From an uncultured Candidatus Saccharibacteria bacterium (GTDB lineage Bacteria; Patescibacteriota; 4484-211; JAGQKX01): a stretch of DNA of 64,000 bases. The notes beneath the pieces are model-generated. The model did not search any database, had not been told where the DNA came from, and was given only the letters and a program-made list of their open reading frames with translations. How positions within the stretch are numbered: the stretch's first letter is position 1; each line of letters begins with the position of its first letter. The translations under genes and the position numbers were made by a program. The DNA is taken from contig CAYMOT010000002.1 in NCBI GenBank assembly GCA_964392315.1, positions 139,637 through 203,636 of the forward strand. Reading direction: 5' to 3'. Positions 25,085 through 35,414 of the stretch are shown one piece after another.

Positions 25085-27757
25085 TTATGCCGAAGGTATG
25101 TATTTTTCTAACACAGGTACGTGCAAATCCAACCATTTTAACCCTTCTATCAGTAAAATACCGCTGGCAGAAAAGAGGAATACAAGCATCCAGTCAAGGG
25201 GTGTGAGTCCCACAGTATCAAATATTTGTCTTCCAAGTGGCGTGTAAATGGTAAAAAGTTGACCGATAAAACCTATACCAACAGCTAACCATAACATGAA
25301 ATTTGAGGAAAGCTGCTCAAGATTTAATGTATGCTTCGAACGGATCGAGAATACGAGCATAAGCTCGAATACGACGCTGGCGGTGAAAACCAAAGTCCGA
25401 ACCTCTTCTATGGGTAGTTTCCATACATTTAGTGCCAAAATATATAATCCAAACATCACTACAAACCCTACAGTTCCAACATATGCAGCGTATCCAGCAG
25501 TACGACTGGTAATTTCTTCGGTACCTTTGTAAGGTTTTTGTTTCATGCTGTCCTTCTCCGCCTTATCCCCACTGAGTGTAAGTGCTGGGAGGGCATCAGT
25601 AGCAAGGTTGATCCACAGGATTTGCAATGGCAAGAGTGGAATGGGCAATCTGAACAAGATGGCAGAAAAAACAAACGCGATACCATAAAAATTCGCACTG
25701 ACCAAATAGCGGATGACCTTTTTAATATTATAAAAGATACGTCTCCCCTCTTCTATTCCTTTGACTATAGATGCGAAGTTGTCGTCTAAGAGTACCATGT
25801 CTGCAACTTCTTTACTTAGGTCTGTGCCAGAGCCAGCCGCAATTCCGATATCTGCACGTTTGATTGCAGGGGCGTCATTTACCCCATCTCCCGTCATGGC
25901 AACTAAGTGTCCCTCCTTTTGCAATACCTCCAGAATTCGTAGTTTGTGCTGTGGAGAAACGCGTGCAAATATGTTAACCGTGTTTGCCGCCTCCAAGAAT
26001 GCTGCGTCATCCAATTGATCAAGCTCTGGACCGGTAAGTGATCGTTCTGAAACGAGACCGATTTTCTCTGCAATTGCACGGGCAGTCTTCTCGTGGTCTC
26101 CGGTCAGCATAATAACGCGTACTCCAGCGCTGTAGCACGTTTGTATTGCAGCAGTGACTTCTTCACGGGGAGGATCATACATCGCGACAAGACCAGTTAA
26201 CTCAAGCCCTTTTAATTCCTTAACGACATTAGCTTCATGATGCGCGACTGCGAGTACACGTAGTCCTTCTTTTGATAGGTGATTAATAAATCGTGTTGCT
26301 TTTTCCTGCTGCTCGGTATCGAGGTTTGTCATAGACAATACAACCTCAGGAGCACCTTTTACTATTGTTTGCATGCTGTGTCCTCGGTCCACGACTACTG
26401 CCATATATTTTTGGTCAGAATTAAAAGGGACCTCGTCAGTCCGCTGTGCTCGCTTTCGTATTCCGTGTGCAGCAATTTTTTGGACTTTTTCCAACGCAAC
26501 GGCAAATGCGCGTTCGGTTGGGTCTCCTACATCCACTGTTGCATCAGAGCATAATGCTCCATATTCGATAACGCGGATTGCATCTTCCTGTCCCATTTTT
26601 TGTGCAAGATGCGCAAATTCTGCACTGAGTACCTCGTCGTATGATAGCGTCCCTTCGAGGTTATAACCATTGCCTGAGATAGTGTATACGCCGCTTGTTG
26701 GCACAAATACATGGGAAATGGTCATTTGGTTGTGCGTAATGGTGCCTGTTTTATCGGTACAAATAATATCTGTGCCGCCGAGGGTTTCTGCGGTAGACAA
26801 TTTACGCACCAGGACATTGACCATGGCCATGCGCCTAATACCGATAGCGAGGGTGATTGTTACGACAATTGGTAATCCTTCAGGGATTGCGGAAACTGCG
26901 AGAGAAATTGCCAATATTATCATTTCATTGAGAGATTGTTGCGTGTATATGCCGAGCAGTACCCCAGGTATGACTACGGCGACACATATAAGGCCAAGCA
27001 TACGTCCAAGTTTTTGCATCGCTTTTTGTAATGGTGTTTGCTCGTTCACCGTTTCCTGGATTTGGTCTGCAATTTTGCCCATCTCAGTTTTTGCACCTAT
27101 ACTTACCACTACCGCTTGCCCATGTCCGCGAGTTATTAAAGATCCAGAAAAGAGCATATTAGTGCGATCTGCGAGTGCGGTGGTTTCCGGTAATTCGCCT
27201 GCTGATTTTTGTACTGGCACCGATTCTCCAGTGAGAAGTGATTCATCTGCCATGAGGGAATATGCTGAGATAATGCGTGCGTCCGCAGTCATTTTTTTGC
27301 CCTCCTCAAGGACTAGGATATCGCCAGGTACAATGTACTTTGCTTGAATAATTTGCTCTTTCCCCTCTCTTATTACTCGAGCCTCGATGATTTCAATCTC
27401 CTTGAGTGAGGCTAGTGATTGCTCTGCTTTGTATTCCTGAACAAATCCAAGTATCCCGTTGATGATGACGATAGTCAGGATAGCAATTGCATCAATATGT
27501 TCTCCAATGGCATATGAAAATATTCCTGCACCAATAAGTAAAAGCACCAAAAAACTTGTAAATTGGGAAATAATAAGTGACAAAACAGAAAACGATTTTT
27601 CTTTTTTTATTTCATTGGGACCAAACGTCCGTTGTCGTTCTTCAACACTTTTAGCGTCGAGTCCGTTTTCCGACGTGTTCAATGAATGGTACACCTGTTC
27701 CAGTGATGGAACGTGGGGATTTGATATGAGCGTTGTTATCGATGGCAGTGTCGACAT
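25085..27757 (-). CDS. P-type cation-transporting ATPase (type II, Ca2+/Mg2+-like)
   Basis: Phosphorylation motif CTDKTGTIT; TGES; hinge motif TGDGVNDAPAIKRADIGIA; 10 predicted TM; 890 aa. Confidence 0.85.
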   Translation of the reverse strand: MSTLPSITTLISNPHVPSLEQVYHSLNTSENGLDAKSVEERQRTFGPNEIKKEKSFSVLSLIISQFTSFLVLLLIGAGIFSYAIGEHIDAIAILTIVIINGILGFVQEYKAEQSLASLKEIEIIEARVIREGKEQIIQAKYIVPGDILVLEEGKKMTADARIISAYSLMADESLLTGESVPVQKSAGELPETTALADRTNMLFSGSLITRGHGQAVVVSIGAKTEMGKIADQIQETVNEQTPLQKAMQKLGRMLGLICVAVVIPGVLLGIYTQQSLNEMIILAISLAVSAIPEGLPIVVTITLAIGIRRMAMVNVLVRKLSTAETLGGTDIICTDKTGTITHNQMTISHVFVPTSGVYTISGNGYNLEGTLSYDEVLSAEFAHLAQKMGQEDAIRVIEYGALCSDATVDVGDPTERAFAVALEKVQKIAAHGIRKRAQRTDEVPFNSDQKYMAVVVDRGHSMQTIVKGAPEVVLSMTNLDTEQQEKATRFINHLSKEGLRVLAVAHHEANVVKELKGLELTGLVAMYDPPREEVTAAIQTCYSAGVRVIMLTGDHEKTARAIAEKIGLVSERSLTGPELDQLDDAAFLEAANTVNIFARVSPQHKLRILEVLQKEGHLVAMTGDGVNDAPAIKRADIGIAAGSGTDLSKEVADMVLLDDNFASIVKGIEEGRRIFYNIKKVIRYLVSANFYGIAFVFSAILFRLPIPLLPLQILWINLATDALPALTLSGDKAEKDSMKQKPYKGTEEITSRTAGYAAYVGTVGFVVMFGLYILALNVWKLPIEEVRTLVFTASVVFELMLVFSIRSKHTLNLEQLSSNFMLWLAVGIGFIGQLFTIYTPLGRQIFDTVGLTPLDWMLVFLFSASGILLIEGLKWLDLHVPVLEKYIPSA

Positions 27758-27832
27758 GCAATTTGATTGTATAATAGTCTTTAATTAGATGTCAGTAGAC
27801 AGCTATGAACAAATAACTTTTTACGGTAATCA

Positions 27833-28678
27833 ATGAATCCATCTTTTCAAATTAACAAAGAAAAAGGGTTGGCTTTTTTCCCCCGTCTCGAGAATCGGTT
27901 TGGTATTTGTAACGCGGTGACTTGGGATAATGTGACCTGGGGTAACATGAACGATGGGTTCGCAAGTTCTGAAGAAGATGTGCATCGAATAAAGATCAAT
28001 GACCAAAAACTCGCTGAACATATGCACGTTTCACGCGTTCTTGCATCAAAAACTCCGGTTGATGCAACAATATCGTGTATTGATGACGCAGCTGCAAATT
28101 ACTTGTTACGTGACGAATTATTTCCACCTCAGGAATTAAAAATGAACATGATATCTGCAAACGCAGTCGTGCTAACCGCTCGAGGCGTTTCGGTTATATT
28201 TGCCCCACGTGACTGTGCACTAGTAAGTATTGTGCACCCTTCATGGAACGGTACATTGCTTATGCACATCGGTGCACATATGATTTTTCAGAATTTACAC
28301 AGTAACTCACTGCTTTTTCTACAAAACCTTCTACCCTACCCTATTGCTGAATGTGAAGGATTTATTACACCACACATCTGTGCGCAGCATTATACAATTG
28401 ATGAAAACGCCTACCGGAGATTTATAGCACATCATAAAAACGTTGGAGAATTCTTGAAACAATCACATGATGAGCGATACCACTTTGACTACATTGGTTA
28501 TATGAAACAAGAACTATCTCAAAGATTCAAGTTAGAAATATGGCATGACAGTGGGGTTTGCAATTATGAGTCTGCACAGCGGGGTAACCTGTTTTCGAAA
28601 AAGTTGACTGACAATAATCCTGAGACATTTCCTAAGGCGGGTTTTAACGTCGGATTTGCATTAGCAGCTGTGAGCTGA
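27833..28678 (+). CDS. Hypothetical protein, possibly a divergent YfiH/DUF152 (laccase-domain/LACC1) family member
   Basis: APRDCALV and MHIGAHMIF loosely resemble the TADCLPV / HAGWRG motifs of YfiH; 281 aa. Weak. Confidence 0.35.
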   Translation: MNPSFQINKEKGLAFFPRLENRFGICNAVTWDNVTWGNMNDGFASSEEDVHRIKINDQKLAEHMHVSRVLASKTPVDATISCIDDAAANYLLRDELFPPQELKMNMISANAVVLTARGVSVIFAPRDCALVSIVHPSWNGTLLMHIGAHMIFQNLHSNSLLFLQNLLPYPIAECEGFITPHICAQHYTIDENAYRRFIAHHKNVGEFLKQSHDERYHFDYIGYMKQELSQRFKLEIWHDSGVCNYESAQRGNLFSKKLTDNNPETFPKAGFNVGFALAAVS

Positions 28679-28688
28679 CAGTCACTGT

Positions 28689-29804
28689 ATGGATATTCAT
28701 ACATATATTATTCAACTTGATCAAACACATTCTTTTCGAGAGTATTTAGCGCAATTTACTCAAACACCGTATCCAGGTATTTTTAGGAACGAGCATGTTG
28801 TTTTGCATGTTAAGCCCGAAAAACCATTGCTTGTTATTTTTAATAGCGTTACTGCGGCGGGAAAAGACACGATTATGCAGGCATTGATAGACCGGGGAAT
28901 TGCGATAAAGGCAAAGACCGCAACTACACGTGCACGTCGTGAGAATGAGCCATTGGATCATTATGTTTGGATGCGCGCGCAAAGAAGTGACGAGTCATTT
29001 GCTGATTATCAACAGCACTTAATTGACGAATACGAGCTCATCGAGACTGATGTACATCATGGAAATGTCTATGGCCTTCCGAAGCAAAGTCTTTATGGAG
29101 CTGAAGACCACCAAGTATTGATCATTCAGAATGAGCCGAATGGTGCGAAAACGCTCAAGCAAAAACTATCGGACGATTTTAATATCATAATATTGTTTAT
29201 CGTCCCAGATTCGTGGCAGCAAATGTACGAGCGTATGACCCGAAAGCAGGAAGGTAGAGATAATATTGAAACGAGAATTGAAGATTCGCTGCGCTGGATG
29301 GAGCAAGAAAAACAACTCGCGAATTTTGTAGTGCTTAACACTGAGCAGACTATAAGTGCAGATAGTAATACAAAGACAGGATTAGACATAGTCATCAGAA
29401 GTATCACACAGTTACTTGACGACCTCGTCAAAAATCTAGATAGCCATTTGACAAAGGAGCAGTACAAAGTATTACATGAAAAGGCAACGGAAGCGCCGTT
29501 CTCCGGCAAATTTATAAATCATCATGAAGATGGTATGTATACCTGTGTTGCATGTGGTAACGAATTATTTTCATCACAAACAAAGTTTGAGTCAGGTAGT
29601 GGATGGCCGAGTTTCTATGATATTGCATACGAAAAATCTGTTAGAATTCAAGAAGATGCGAGCTATGGCATGCATAGATTAGAAGTGGTATGTGCACGAT
29701 GCGGGGGACACTTGGGACATGTGTTCGACGATGGTCCGAACCCTACGGGCAAGCGATATTGTATTAATTCGTGTGTATTAGATTTTAAAAAAAACGATGA
29801 ATAA
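28689..29804 (+). CDS. Fusion protein: guanylate-kinase-like P-loop domain + peptide methionine sulfoxide reductase MsrB
   Basis: N-terminal half: SVTAAGKDT (P-loop-like) and [10 protein letters not shown] (Gmk 'TTR..R..E' motif). C-terminal half: MsrB signature CVACGNELF ... GSGWPSF ... [16 protein letters not shown] with both CxxC zinc pairs. Confidence 0.65.
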   Translation: MDIHTYIIQLDQTHSFREYLAQFTQTPYPGIFRNEHVVLHVKPEKPLLVIFNSVTAAGKDTIMQALIDRGIAIKAKTATTRARRENEPLDHYVWMRAQRSDESFADYQQHLIDEYELIETDVHHGNVYGLPKQSLYGAEDHQVLIIQNEPNGAKTLKQKLSDDFNIIILFIVPDSWQQMYERMTRKQEGRDNIETRIEDSLRWMEQEKQLANFVVLNTEQTISADSNTKTGLDIVIRSITQLLDDLVKNLDSHLTKEQYKVLHEKATEAPFSGKFINHHEDGMYTCVACGNELFSSQTKFESGSGWPSFYDIAYEKSVRIQEDASYGMHRLEVVCARCGGHLGHVFDDGPNPTGKRYCINSCVLDFKKNDE

Positions 29805-30834
29805 GTCACGATCTTTTTTCTATTTTCTGCTTATAGCGGTTTGTATACTATCAGTCTATGTTTTTCGTGATTTCATATCGGTTGCGCTCCTTGCACTTAT
29901 TGTCGGCTATATGCTTCAGCCTGTGTATAGTTATTTCTATAAAAAAAGGGAATGGGGGCCGGGTCTGTCCACCGTTCTTACTTTTTCTTTCTTACTCCTT
30001 GTAATTATAGTGCCGCTCTTAATCGTGTTTCAGCTGACCATGGTGCAACTCACCCAAATCAATGAGGACCTCAAGTCGTTCCAATTGCCTCAAGATGTTA
30101 CGCTAGATACAACAATCGCACGCATAAACTCAGTTCTTGAGACAGTTCCCTTCCTTGAATATGAACTGACACCTGATACTTTGTCTGCTACGATACAAGG
30201 CGGTATTTCATCGATTGCCGACACATTTGCCCGAAACGCTCTATCTATAAGCAATGCATCTATTCGGATTGTCACTGAGCTTATATTCTTTATAGTTTTT
30301 GTGCTCACTTTTATTCCCAATTATGCCAAGATCACAAAGTATATTAGTAAACTAAGTCCGTTGAGCAATGATATTGATCGGTTGTATCTTACTCGCATAG
30401 CAGGAATGTCGTCCGCCATGGTAAAAGGTAGTGTTGTTGTTGCATTAACGCAGTCAATCCTTACGGGATTTCTCCTGTGGCTCTTTGGCGTTCCGTATGT
30501 TTTCTTCTTGTCACTTTTGACATTTGTACTTTGTGTAATGCCCTTTGGAAGTGGTGTTGTACTAATACCTACGGGCATTATCTTTTTGGCATTAGGAGAT
30601 ATCGCCAAAGGTCTTGCGTTGATCCTTATCTACTTTTTTGTCATTAGTAATATTGACAATTTCCTGCGGCCAATGCTTGCGTCAAAGGATTCGTCAGTAC
30701 ACCCGGTACTCCTTATGGTTGGTGTAGTTGCTGGAATTAGTGTATTTGGTTTTTGGGGCTTTATTTATGGCCCACTTGTGGCAATAATACTAATAACAAC
30801 CTTAGAGGTATACCTAAAAGAGTTTGCAAACTAA
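29797..30834 (+). CDS. AI-2E family transporter (PerM/UPF0118) membrane protein
   Basis: ~8 TM helices; 345 aa; hydrophobic profile and a conserved Gly/Pro-rich C-terminal half typical of this family. Confidence 0.5.
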   Translation: MNKSRSFFYFLLIAVCILSVYVFRDFISVALLALIVGYMLQPVYSYFYKKREWGPGLSTVLTFSFLLLVIIVPLLIVFQLTMVQLTQINEDLKSFQLPQDVTLDTTIARINSVLETVPFLEYELTPDTLSATIQGGISSIADTFARNALSISNASIRIVTELIFFIVFVLTFIPNYAKITKYISKLSPLSNDIDRLYLTRIAGMSSAMVKGSVVVALTQSILTGFLLWLFGVPYVFFLSLLTFVLCVMPFGSGVVLIPTGIIFLALGDIAKGLALILIYFFVISNIDNFLRPMLASKDSSVHPVLLMVGVVAGISVFGFWGFIYGPLVAIILITTLEVYLKEFAN

Positions 30835-30836
30835 CT

Positions 30837-31214
30837 ATGTCTACAAATCAACGTGTTCTAATAATTGAAGACGAACATGCAATAGCTGAGGCGTTAAAGC
30901 TTCAATTAACCAAAGAAGGATATGAAATAGAAGTGGTGTATGATGGCCGTGAAGCGGTTGCAACGCTTATGTTGCAGCGGCATGACCTCGTACTCTTAGA
31001 CCTAATTATGCCCGGTGAAGACGGTATCGCAATTTTGGAAAAACTCCATGATGCCGCGATAAGTGTGCCGGTAATCGTGACGTCAAATTTGAGCAAAGAG
31101 GAGATACGCCAAAAGGCAATGGACCTCGGAGCAATAGATTTTATAGTGAAATCTGACACCACACTCGAGCAAATCACCGACCGAATCAAAATGTTCTTTG
31201 AGAAGGGAACATAA
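30837..31214 (+). CDS. Response regulator, receiver domain only (CheY-like)
   Basis: VLIIEDEHAIAEAL .. LVLLDLIMPGEDG (phospho-acceptor Asp) .. KSD. No output domain. Start placed at MSTNQRV (30837). Confidence 0.75.
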   Translation: MSTNQRVLIIEDEHAIAEALKLQLTKEGYEIEVVYDGREAVATLMLQRHDLVLLDLIMPGEDGIAILEKLHDAAISVPVIVTSNLSKEEIRQKAMDLGAIDFIVKSDTTLEQITDRIKMFFEKGT

Positions 31215-31224
31215 GACACATCCG

Positions 31225-32856
31225 ATGTTTTCTGCCCTAAGTCTTAAATATAAATTGCTGCTTCCGGTGTTCCTTTTGGGGATATTCTCCAGTGTCGTTT
31301 TGCTCGTCCTCCTGTATTTTGTTCGTTCAGAAATTCCAGATTCAAATATTATCCTTCTCTTTCGTGACGAGTTGACTCGTTTAATAACTATTACGATCGT
31401 CGTTGTTGTAGGAGTATCGACTGTTTTTATAGTGTTGGCGTACCTGTATAGCAGGGATGTAGTACGAAACATACAAGAAATCCAGCGAACATTAAACGCG
31501 GTTGCAGCCGGAAACCTACAAGAAAAAGTCGAGTCCATGGGTTCCGACGAGTTCGGGATTCTTGCTCATAAAATTAATGAAGTGATCACTGAGCTCATTA
31601 TCTCAAATGCGGCACTTACTCAAAGGACACAAGAATATGGAAAGGCACTTAAACAATTAGGAGAGAAGAATGATTCATTAGAGGAAATGCGCTTGCAGAC
31701 TGAGACGATCCTCAATGATCTAAAACATAAGACGAACACACTGCAAGCAGAGAATGCTAAGAATGCCGCCGTAATTGCCAATATTGGAGACGGTCTCATA
31801 ATTACTGATTCTCAAAGGAGAATTACACTTGTTAATGCGGCGGCAGAGCACATTCTTGGTTATTCCGCTCAGGAGCTTGAAGGAGTTATTTGGCCAGAGG
31901 AAAAGTGCGTGGTCACTGATGAGTTTGGTCACAAGGTATTACCTGATAGTCTTCCCATAGTTCGAGCATTGCGATTGCAAGAGACACAAAAAACAACGCT
32001 TGCAAATGCGTACTACTACACAAGAAAGAATGGAACCAAATTTCCGGTAGCCATCACTGCCTCCCCTATTATTATTGATGAAGAAGTCACTGGCGTAATT
32101 ATTGTATTTAGAGATATTACCAATGATAAAGAAGTTGATAAGGCAAAGTCTGAATTTGTCTCGCTTGCCTCCCATCAATTACGGACGCCGTTAACATCAA
32201 TTAATTGGTACACAGAGATGTTGTTAGCAGGTGACGCAGGGCAGACAAATGACAAGCAGCTTAAATATTTGTCAGAAATTTACCGAGGGAGCCAACGCAT
32301 GGTTAATCTCGTAAATTCCCTTTTGAATGCATCGCGTATCGAGCTTGGAACGCTTAAAGTCCTACCAGAAAAAATAAACCTTCGACATGTAACCGACAGC
32401 GTATTAAACGAATTAGCTCCAATGATTGATGAAAAAAAGCTCTCTATTGAAACAGAGTATAAAGATATTCCAGAGATAGATCTGGATCCAAATTTGATCC
32501 GTGTTGTATTCCAAAACATTATTTCTAATGCAGTGATTTATACCCCTGACAAGGGGTCAATCGCAGTAACAATTGAACCGTCAACAGACCACGCGTTGGT
32601 AAAAGTACAGGATACCGGTTATGGTATTCCGGAGAACCAAAAAGATAAAATCTTTACAAAACTATTCCGCGCTGACAATGTACAACAGATGGATACGAAT
32701 GGCAGTGGTCTCGGTCTCTACATTTCGCGGTCAATCATCGAGCAGATGGGTGGGCAAATTTGGTTTGAATCGGAACAAAACAAGGGTTCTGCTTTCTATA
32801 TAAAGGTTCCCTATACGGGCATGCATGAAAAATTAGGTACCAAAGGTTTGGAGTAG
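31225..32856 (+). CDS. Sensor histidine kinase (TM + HAMP + PAS + HisKA + HATPase_c)
   Basis: H-box SHQLRTPLTSI, N-box, G-boxes DTGYGIP and GSGLGLYISRSII. Two N-terminal TM segments. Confidence 0.8.
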   Translation: MFSALSLKYKLLLPVFLLGIFSSVVLLVLLYFVRSEIPDSNIILLFRDELTRLITITIVVVVGVSTVFIVLAYLYSRDVVRNIQEIQRTLNAVAAGNLQEKVESMGSDEFGILAHKINEVITELIISNAALTQRTQEYGKALKQLGEKNDSLEEMRLQTETILNDLKHKTNTLQAENAKNAAVIANIGDGLIITDSQRRITLVNAAAEHILGYSAQELEGVIWPEEKCVVTDEFGHKVLPDSLPIVRALRLQETQKTTLANAYYYTRKNGTKFPVAITASPIIIDEEVTGVIIVFRDITNDKEVDKAKSEFVSLASHQLRTPLTSINWYTEMLLAGDAGQTNDKQLKYLSEIYRGSQRMVNLVNSLLNASRIELGTLKVLPEKINLRHVTDSVLNELAPMIDEKKLSIETEYKDIPEIDLDPNLIRVVFQNIISNAVIYTPDKGSIAVTIEPSTDHALVKVQDTGYGIPENQKDKIFTKLFRADNVQQMDTNGSGLGLYISRSIIEQMGGQIWFESEQNKGSAFYIKVPYTGMHEKLGTKGLE

Positions 32857-32879
32857 CGTGTGGTACACTATGGGGAGGT

Positions 32880-33251
32880 ATGAATGAGCAAACGTTAATA
32901 CTACTAGTTGAAGATGAACAGTCACTTCGTGAAGTCATTGCAGAAAAACTTCAACATGAAGGTTTTGCTGTTGTAGAAGCAGGAAATGGCCAGGAAGGAT
33001 TGGATATTGCCCTGGCTCGTCATCCAAATCTTATTTTGCTAGATATCGTTATGCCAGTGATGAATGGCTTAGAAATGCTTAAAAAACTTCGCGAGGACGA
33101 GTGGGGTGCGCATGTACCGGTTATTCTATTAACCAATGTCAATGATGTTGGAAAAGAGTTTGAATCTATGGAAATGGGAGCATTCGGATATTTGGTAAAA
33201 TCAAACTGGAAGATTGACGATATAATCACCAAGATTAGGGAGACGTTATAA
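32880..33251 (+). CDS. Response regulator, receiver domain only
   Basis: ILLVEDEQSLREVI .. LILLDIVMPVMNG .. 123 aa, no output domain. Confidence 0.75.
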   Translation: MNEQTLILLVEDEQSLREVIAEKLQHEGFAVVEAGNGQEGLDIALARHPNLILLDIVMPVMNGLEMLKKLREDEWGAHVPVILLTNVNDVGKEFESMEMGAFGYLVKSNWKIDDIITKIRETL

Positions 33252-33258
33252 AGACTTT

Positions 33259-33660
33259 ATGGATGAATCTACTAACAACACTCAATATGATGAGAGTAGC
33301 GGCTTTCACCATACTCATCAGCATACTGTATCTCCACGGAAACAATCCTCAGGGGATTCATGGTTTGGTCTCGTATTGATTGCACTTGGCGCAATTTTCC
33401 TCTTGAATACCTTTGACATTATCCCCTGGGAAGTGTGGACCCAAGTATGGAGGTTCTGGCCGCTTCTTCTGGTATTCTGGGGACTGCAGACACTCCTTGG
33501 CAAATCTATGATTGCTCATGGAGTAATGGTCTTGTTTGTGGCAATCGTTCTCTTTTTTGTCGGATTGTATGTGCTCTCCGAATTTCATGAAGGCGTGCGA
33601 AGTTGGAGCGAGCAGAATTTTAATTGGTTGCCCCAGGTGGAGTTGTTTAAAATGCCGTAA
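33259..33660 (+). CDS. Small membrane protein (3-4 TM), hypothetical
   Basis: 133 aa; His-rich N-terminus then hydrophobic helices. Directly follows the second response regulator. Confidence 0.45.
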   Translation: MDESTNNTQYDESSGFHHTHQHTVSPRKQSSGDSWFGLVLIALGAIFLLNTFDIIPWEVWTQVWRFWPLLLVFWGLQTLLGKSMIAHGVMVLFVAIVLFFVGLYVLSEFHEGVRSWSEQNFNWLPQVELFKMP

Positions 33661-33662
33661 GC

Positions 33663-34511
33663 ATGCTCAAGATATTTTGTCCTGGTACTCCCCTATCTAC
33701 AAAACCACCCACATTTTTTAACGGACTTTCAGAGGTAGCGCATTTAGGTCTGGATGGTGAGGAAATTCAATTCGGAAAGGGTTTCTTCATAAAAGATAAT
33801 CAAACTGATGAAATTCGAAAGAAAATTCAGGAGCTCGCTTTAGAGGTGACGATTCATGGTCCTTATTTTATAAACCTTAATGCACGCGAGCGGCAGAAAT
33901 ATCATGCGAGTATTAGCTATATTGTCAAAGCTGCCAAAATTGGACATGCACTGGGAGCACGATCGGTCTGTTTTCACCCGGCGTATCGTTTTGATAATAC
34001 TTCACAGGAATTAATAAAGACTGTTCGAGAAGCACTGACAGAAATTAACGATACTATAGAACAAGAAGGATGGGCAATCGATGTGCGCCCTGAATCAGGC
34101 GGGAAAAAGTCCCAATTTGGCACGTTAGACGAACTCATATCAGTCACAAAGGATTTCTCTCATGTTAAACCTTGTGTCGATTTTGCGCATCATATGGCAG
34201 TGAGTGGTGGGAAATTGAATAATTATGCAGCATTTTCTGGAATGCTTGACGCTATAAAGCAAGGATTGGGTGCAGAAGCATTAGAACAGATGCATATTCA
34301 TGCTGGATCAGTTGCATTTAATAAAAAGGGTGAGCTACATGCACTTGCTTTGGATGATCCTGAGTCCCTATTTAATTACCAAGAATTGATACAAGCATTA
34401 GTTTCATATAATGTAAGCGGTTGGGTAAGTGTAGAAACGCCCGATGTTGAGCGAAGCGCGCTCATGTTTAAAAAAGTGTATGAAGAAGCGTTGCGTAAAG
34501 GGGCAATTTAG
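33663..34511 (+). CDS. nfo: AP endonuclease family 2 (endonuclease IV-like, xylose-isomerase TIM barrel)
   Basis: TIHGPYFINLNA matches the Nfo 'HAPYLINL' motif; CVDFAHH matches the 'CLDTCH' metal-binding motif. Confidence 0.55.
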   Translation: MLKIFCPGTPLSTKPPTFFNGLSEVAHLGLDGEEIQFGKGFFIKDNQTDEIRKKIQELALEVTIHGPYFINLNARERQKYHASISYIVKAAKIGHALGARSVCFHPAYRFDNTSQELIKTVREALTEINDTIEQEGWAIDVRPESGGKKSQFGTLDELISVTKDFSHVKPCVDFAHHMAVSGGKLNNYAAFSGMLDAIKQGLGAEALEQMHIHAGSVAFNKKGELHALALDDPESLFNYQELIQALVSYNVSGWVSVETPDVERSALMFKKVYEEALRKGAI

Positions 34512-34549
34512 TATTTACTCAGTCCCTGTCTATATCCTATACTCGTTAT

Positions 34550-35410
34550 ATGCCCCATACTGTAGTGCACATACGGAAAGCCTCTGGTGAGCTGGTTCCC
34601 TACAACCCACAAAAGATAAAAGAATCGCTCAAACGAGCACAGGTCGATATACCCACTATCAATGTAATTCTAGAAAAACTGGATCCTTTTGTGCAGGAAG
34701 AGATGACAACAAAAGAGGTATATGACAAAGTACATGCACTGCTAAAAGACGTAGATCGTCCCAAGGCATCGACATACAATCTGAAGCAAGCGATTATGGA
34801 ATTAGGTCCTACCGGCTATCCCTTTGAAAAGTTTATGTCAGGCGTGCTTTCGCACCTTGGCTATCTTACAGAATTAAACCAGGTTCTTGCAGGAAGATGC
34901 ATAACGCATGAAACAGATATTATTGCCACTAAAGCAGGTGTGCGCTACATGATTGAGGCAAAATATCACAACAGTGCGGGATCAAAAACAGACGCACAGG
35001 TAGTCTTATATACACAGGCACGTTTTGAGGATATATGTGCAGCCTGGGATCAACAACGAAAAGCAGAACACGAGCTGCACCGGGTATGGCTTATTACGAA
35101 CACCAAGCTGACAACTGACGCGAGATACTATGCAGAGTGTGTAGGTATGCACGTTTCATCGTGGGATTATCCGGAAGGGTTTAGCATTCGCGAACTCATC
35201 ACCCAAAGTGGCACGTATCCAATAACGTCCCTTTTATCCCTTGAAGAGGATCAACGTCAGGTACTACTGGGAATGGACAAGGTTTTGTGTACCGATGTGT
35301 TGGCTCTTTCGAAAGAGACAGTAGAAGCGAATAATCTCGAGACTGTGGTACATGAGGCTCAGGCACTCTGTGCATTGGCAGGCGTAAAACAATCATCCGA
35401 TGAACGCTAA
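34550..35410 (+). CDS. ATP-cone domain fused to a restriction-endonuclease-fold (Mrr-cat-like) domain; hypothetical
   Basis: N-terminal VVHIRKASGELVPYNPQKIKESLKRAQ resembles an ATP-cone. Central block ETDIIATKAGVRYMIEAKYH resembles PD-(D/E)xK / Mrr-cat. Confidence 0.45.
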   Translation: MPHTVVHIRKASGELVPYNPQKIKESLKRAQVDIPTINVILEKLDPFVQEEMTTKEVYDKVHALLKDVDRPKASTYNLKQAIMELGPTGYPFEKFMSGVLSHLGYLTELNQVLAGRCITHETDIIATKAGVRYMIEAKYHNSAGSKTDAQVVLYTQARFEDICAAWDQQRKAEHELHRVWLITNTKLTTDARYYAECVGMHVSSWDYPEGFSIRELITQSGTYPITSLLSLEEDQRQVLLGMDKVLCTDVLALSKETVEANNLETVVHEAQALCALAGVKQSSDER

Positions 35411-35414
35411 TTAA

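Noticed and set aside
31083-31538. 151-aa minus-strand ORF antisense to the response-regulator/kinase junction
   Set aside because: Antisense to two well-supported genes; low-complexity translation.
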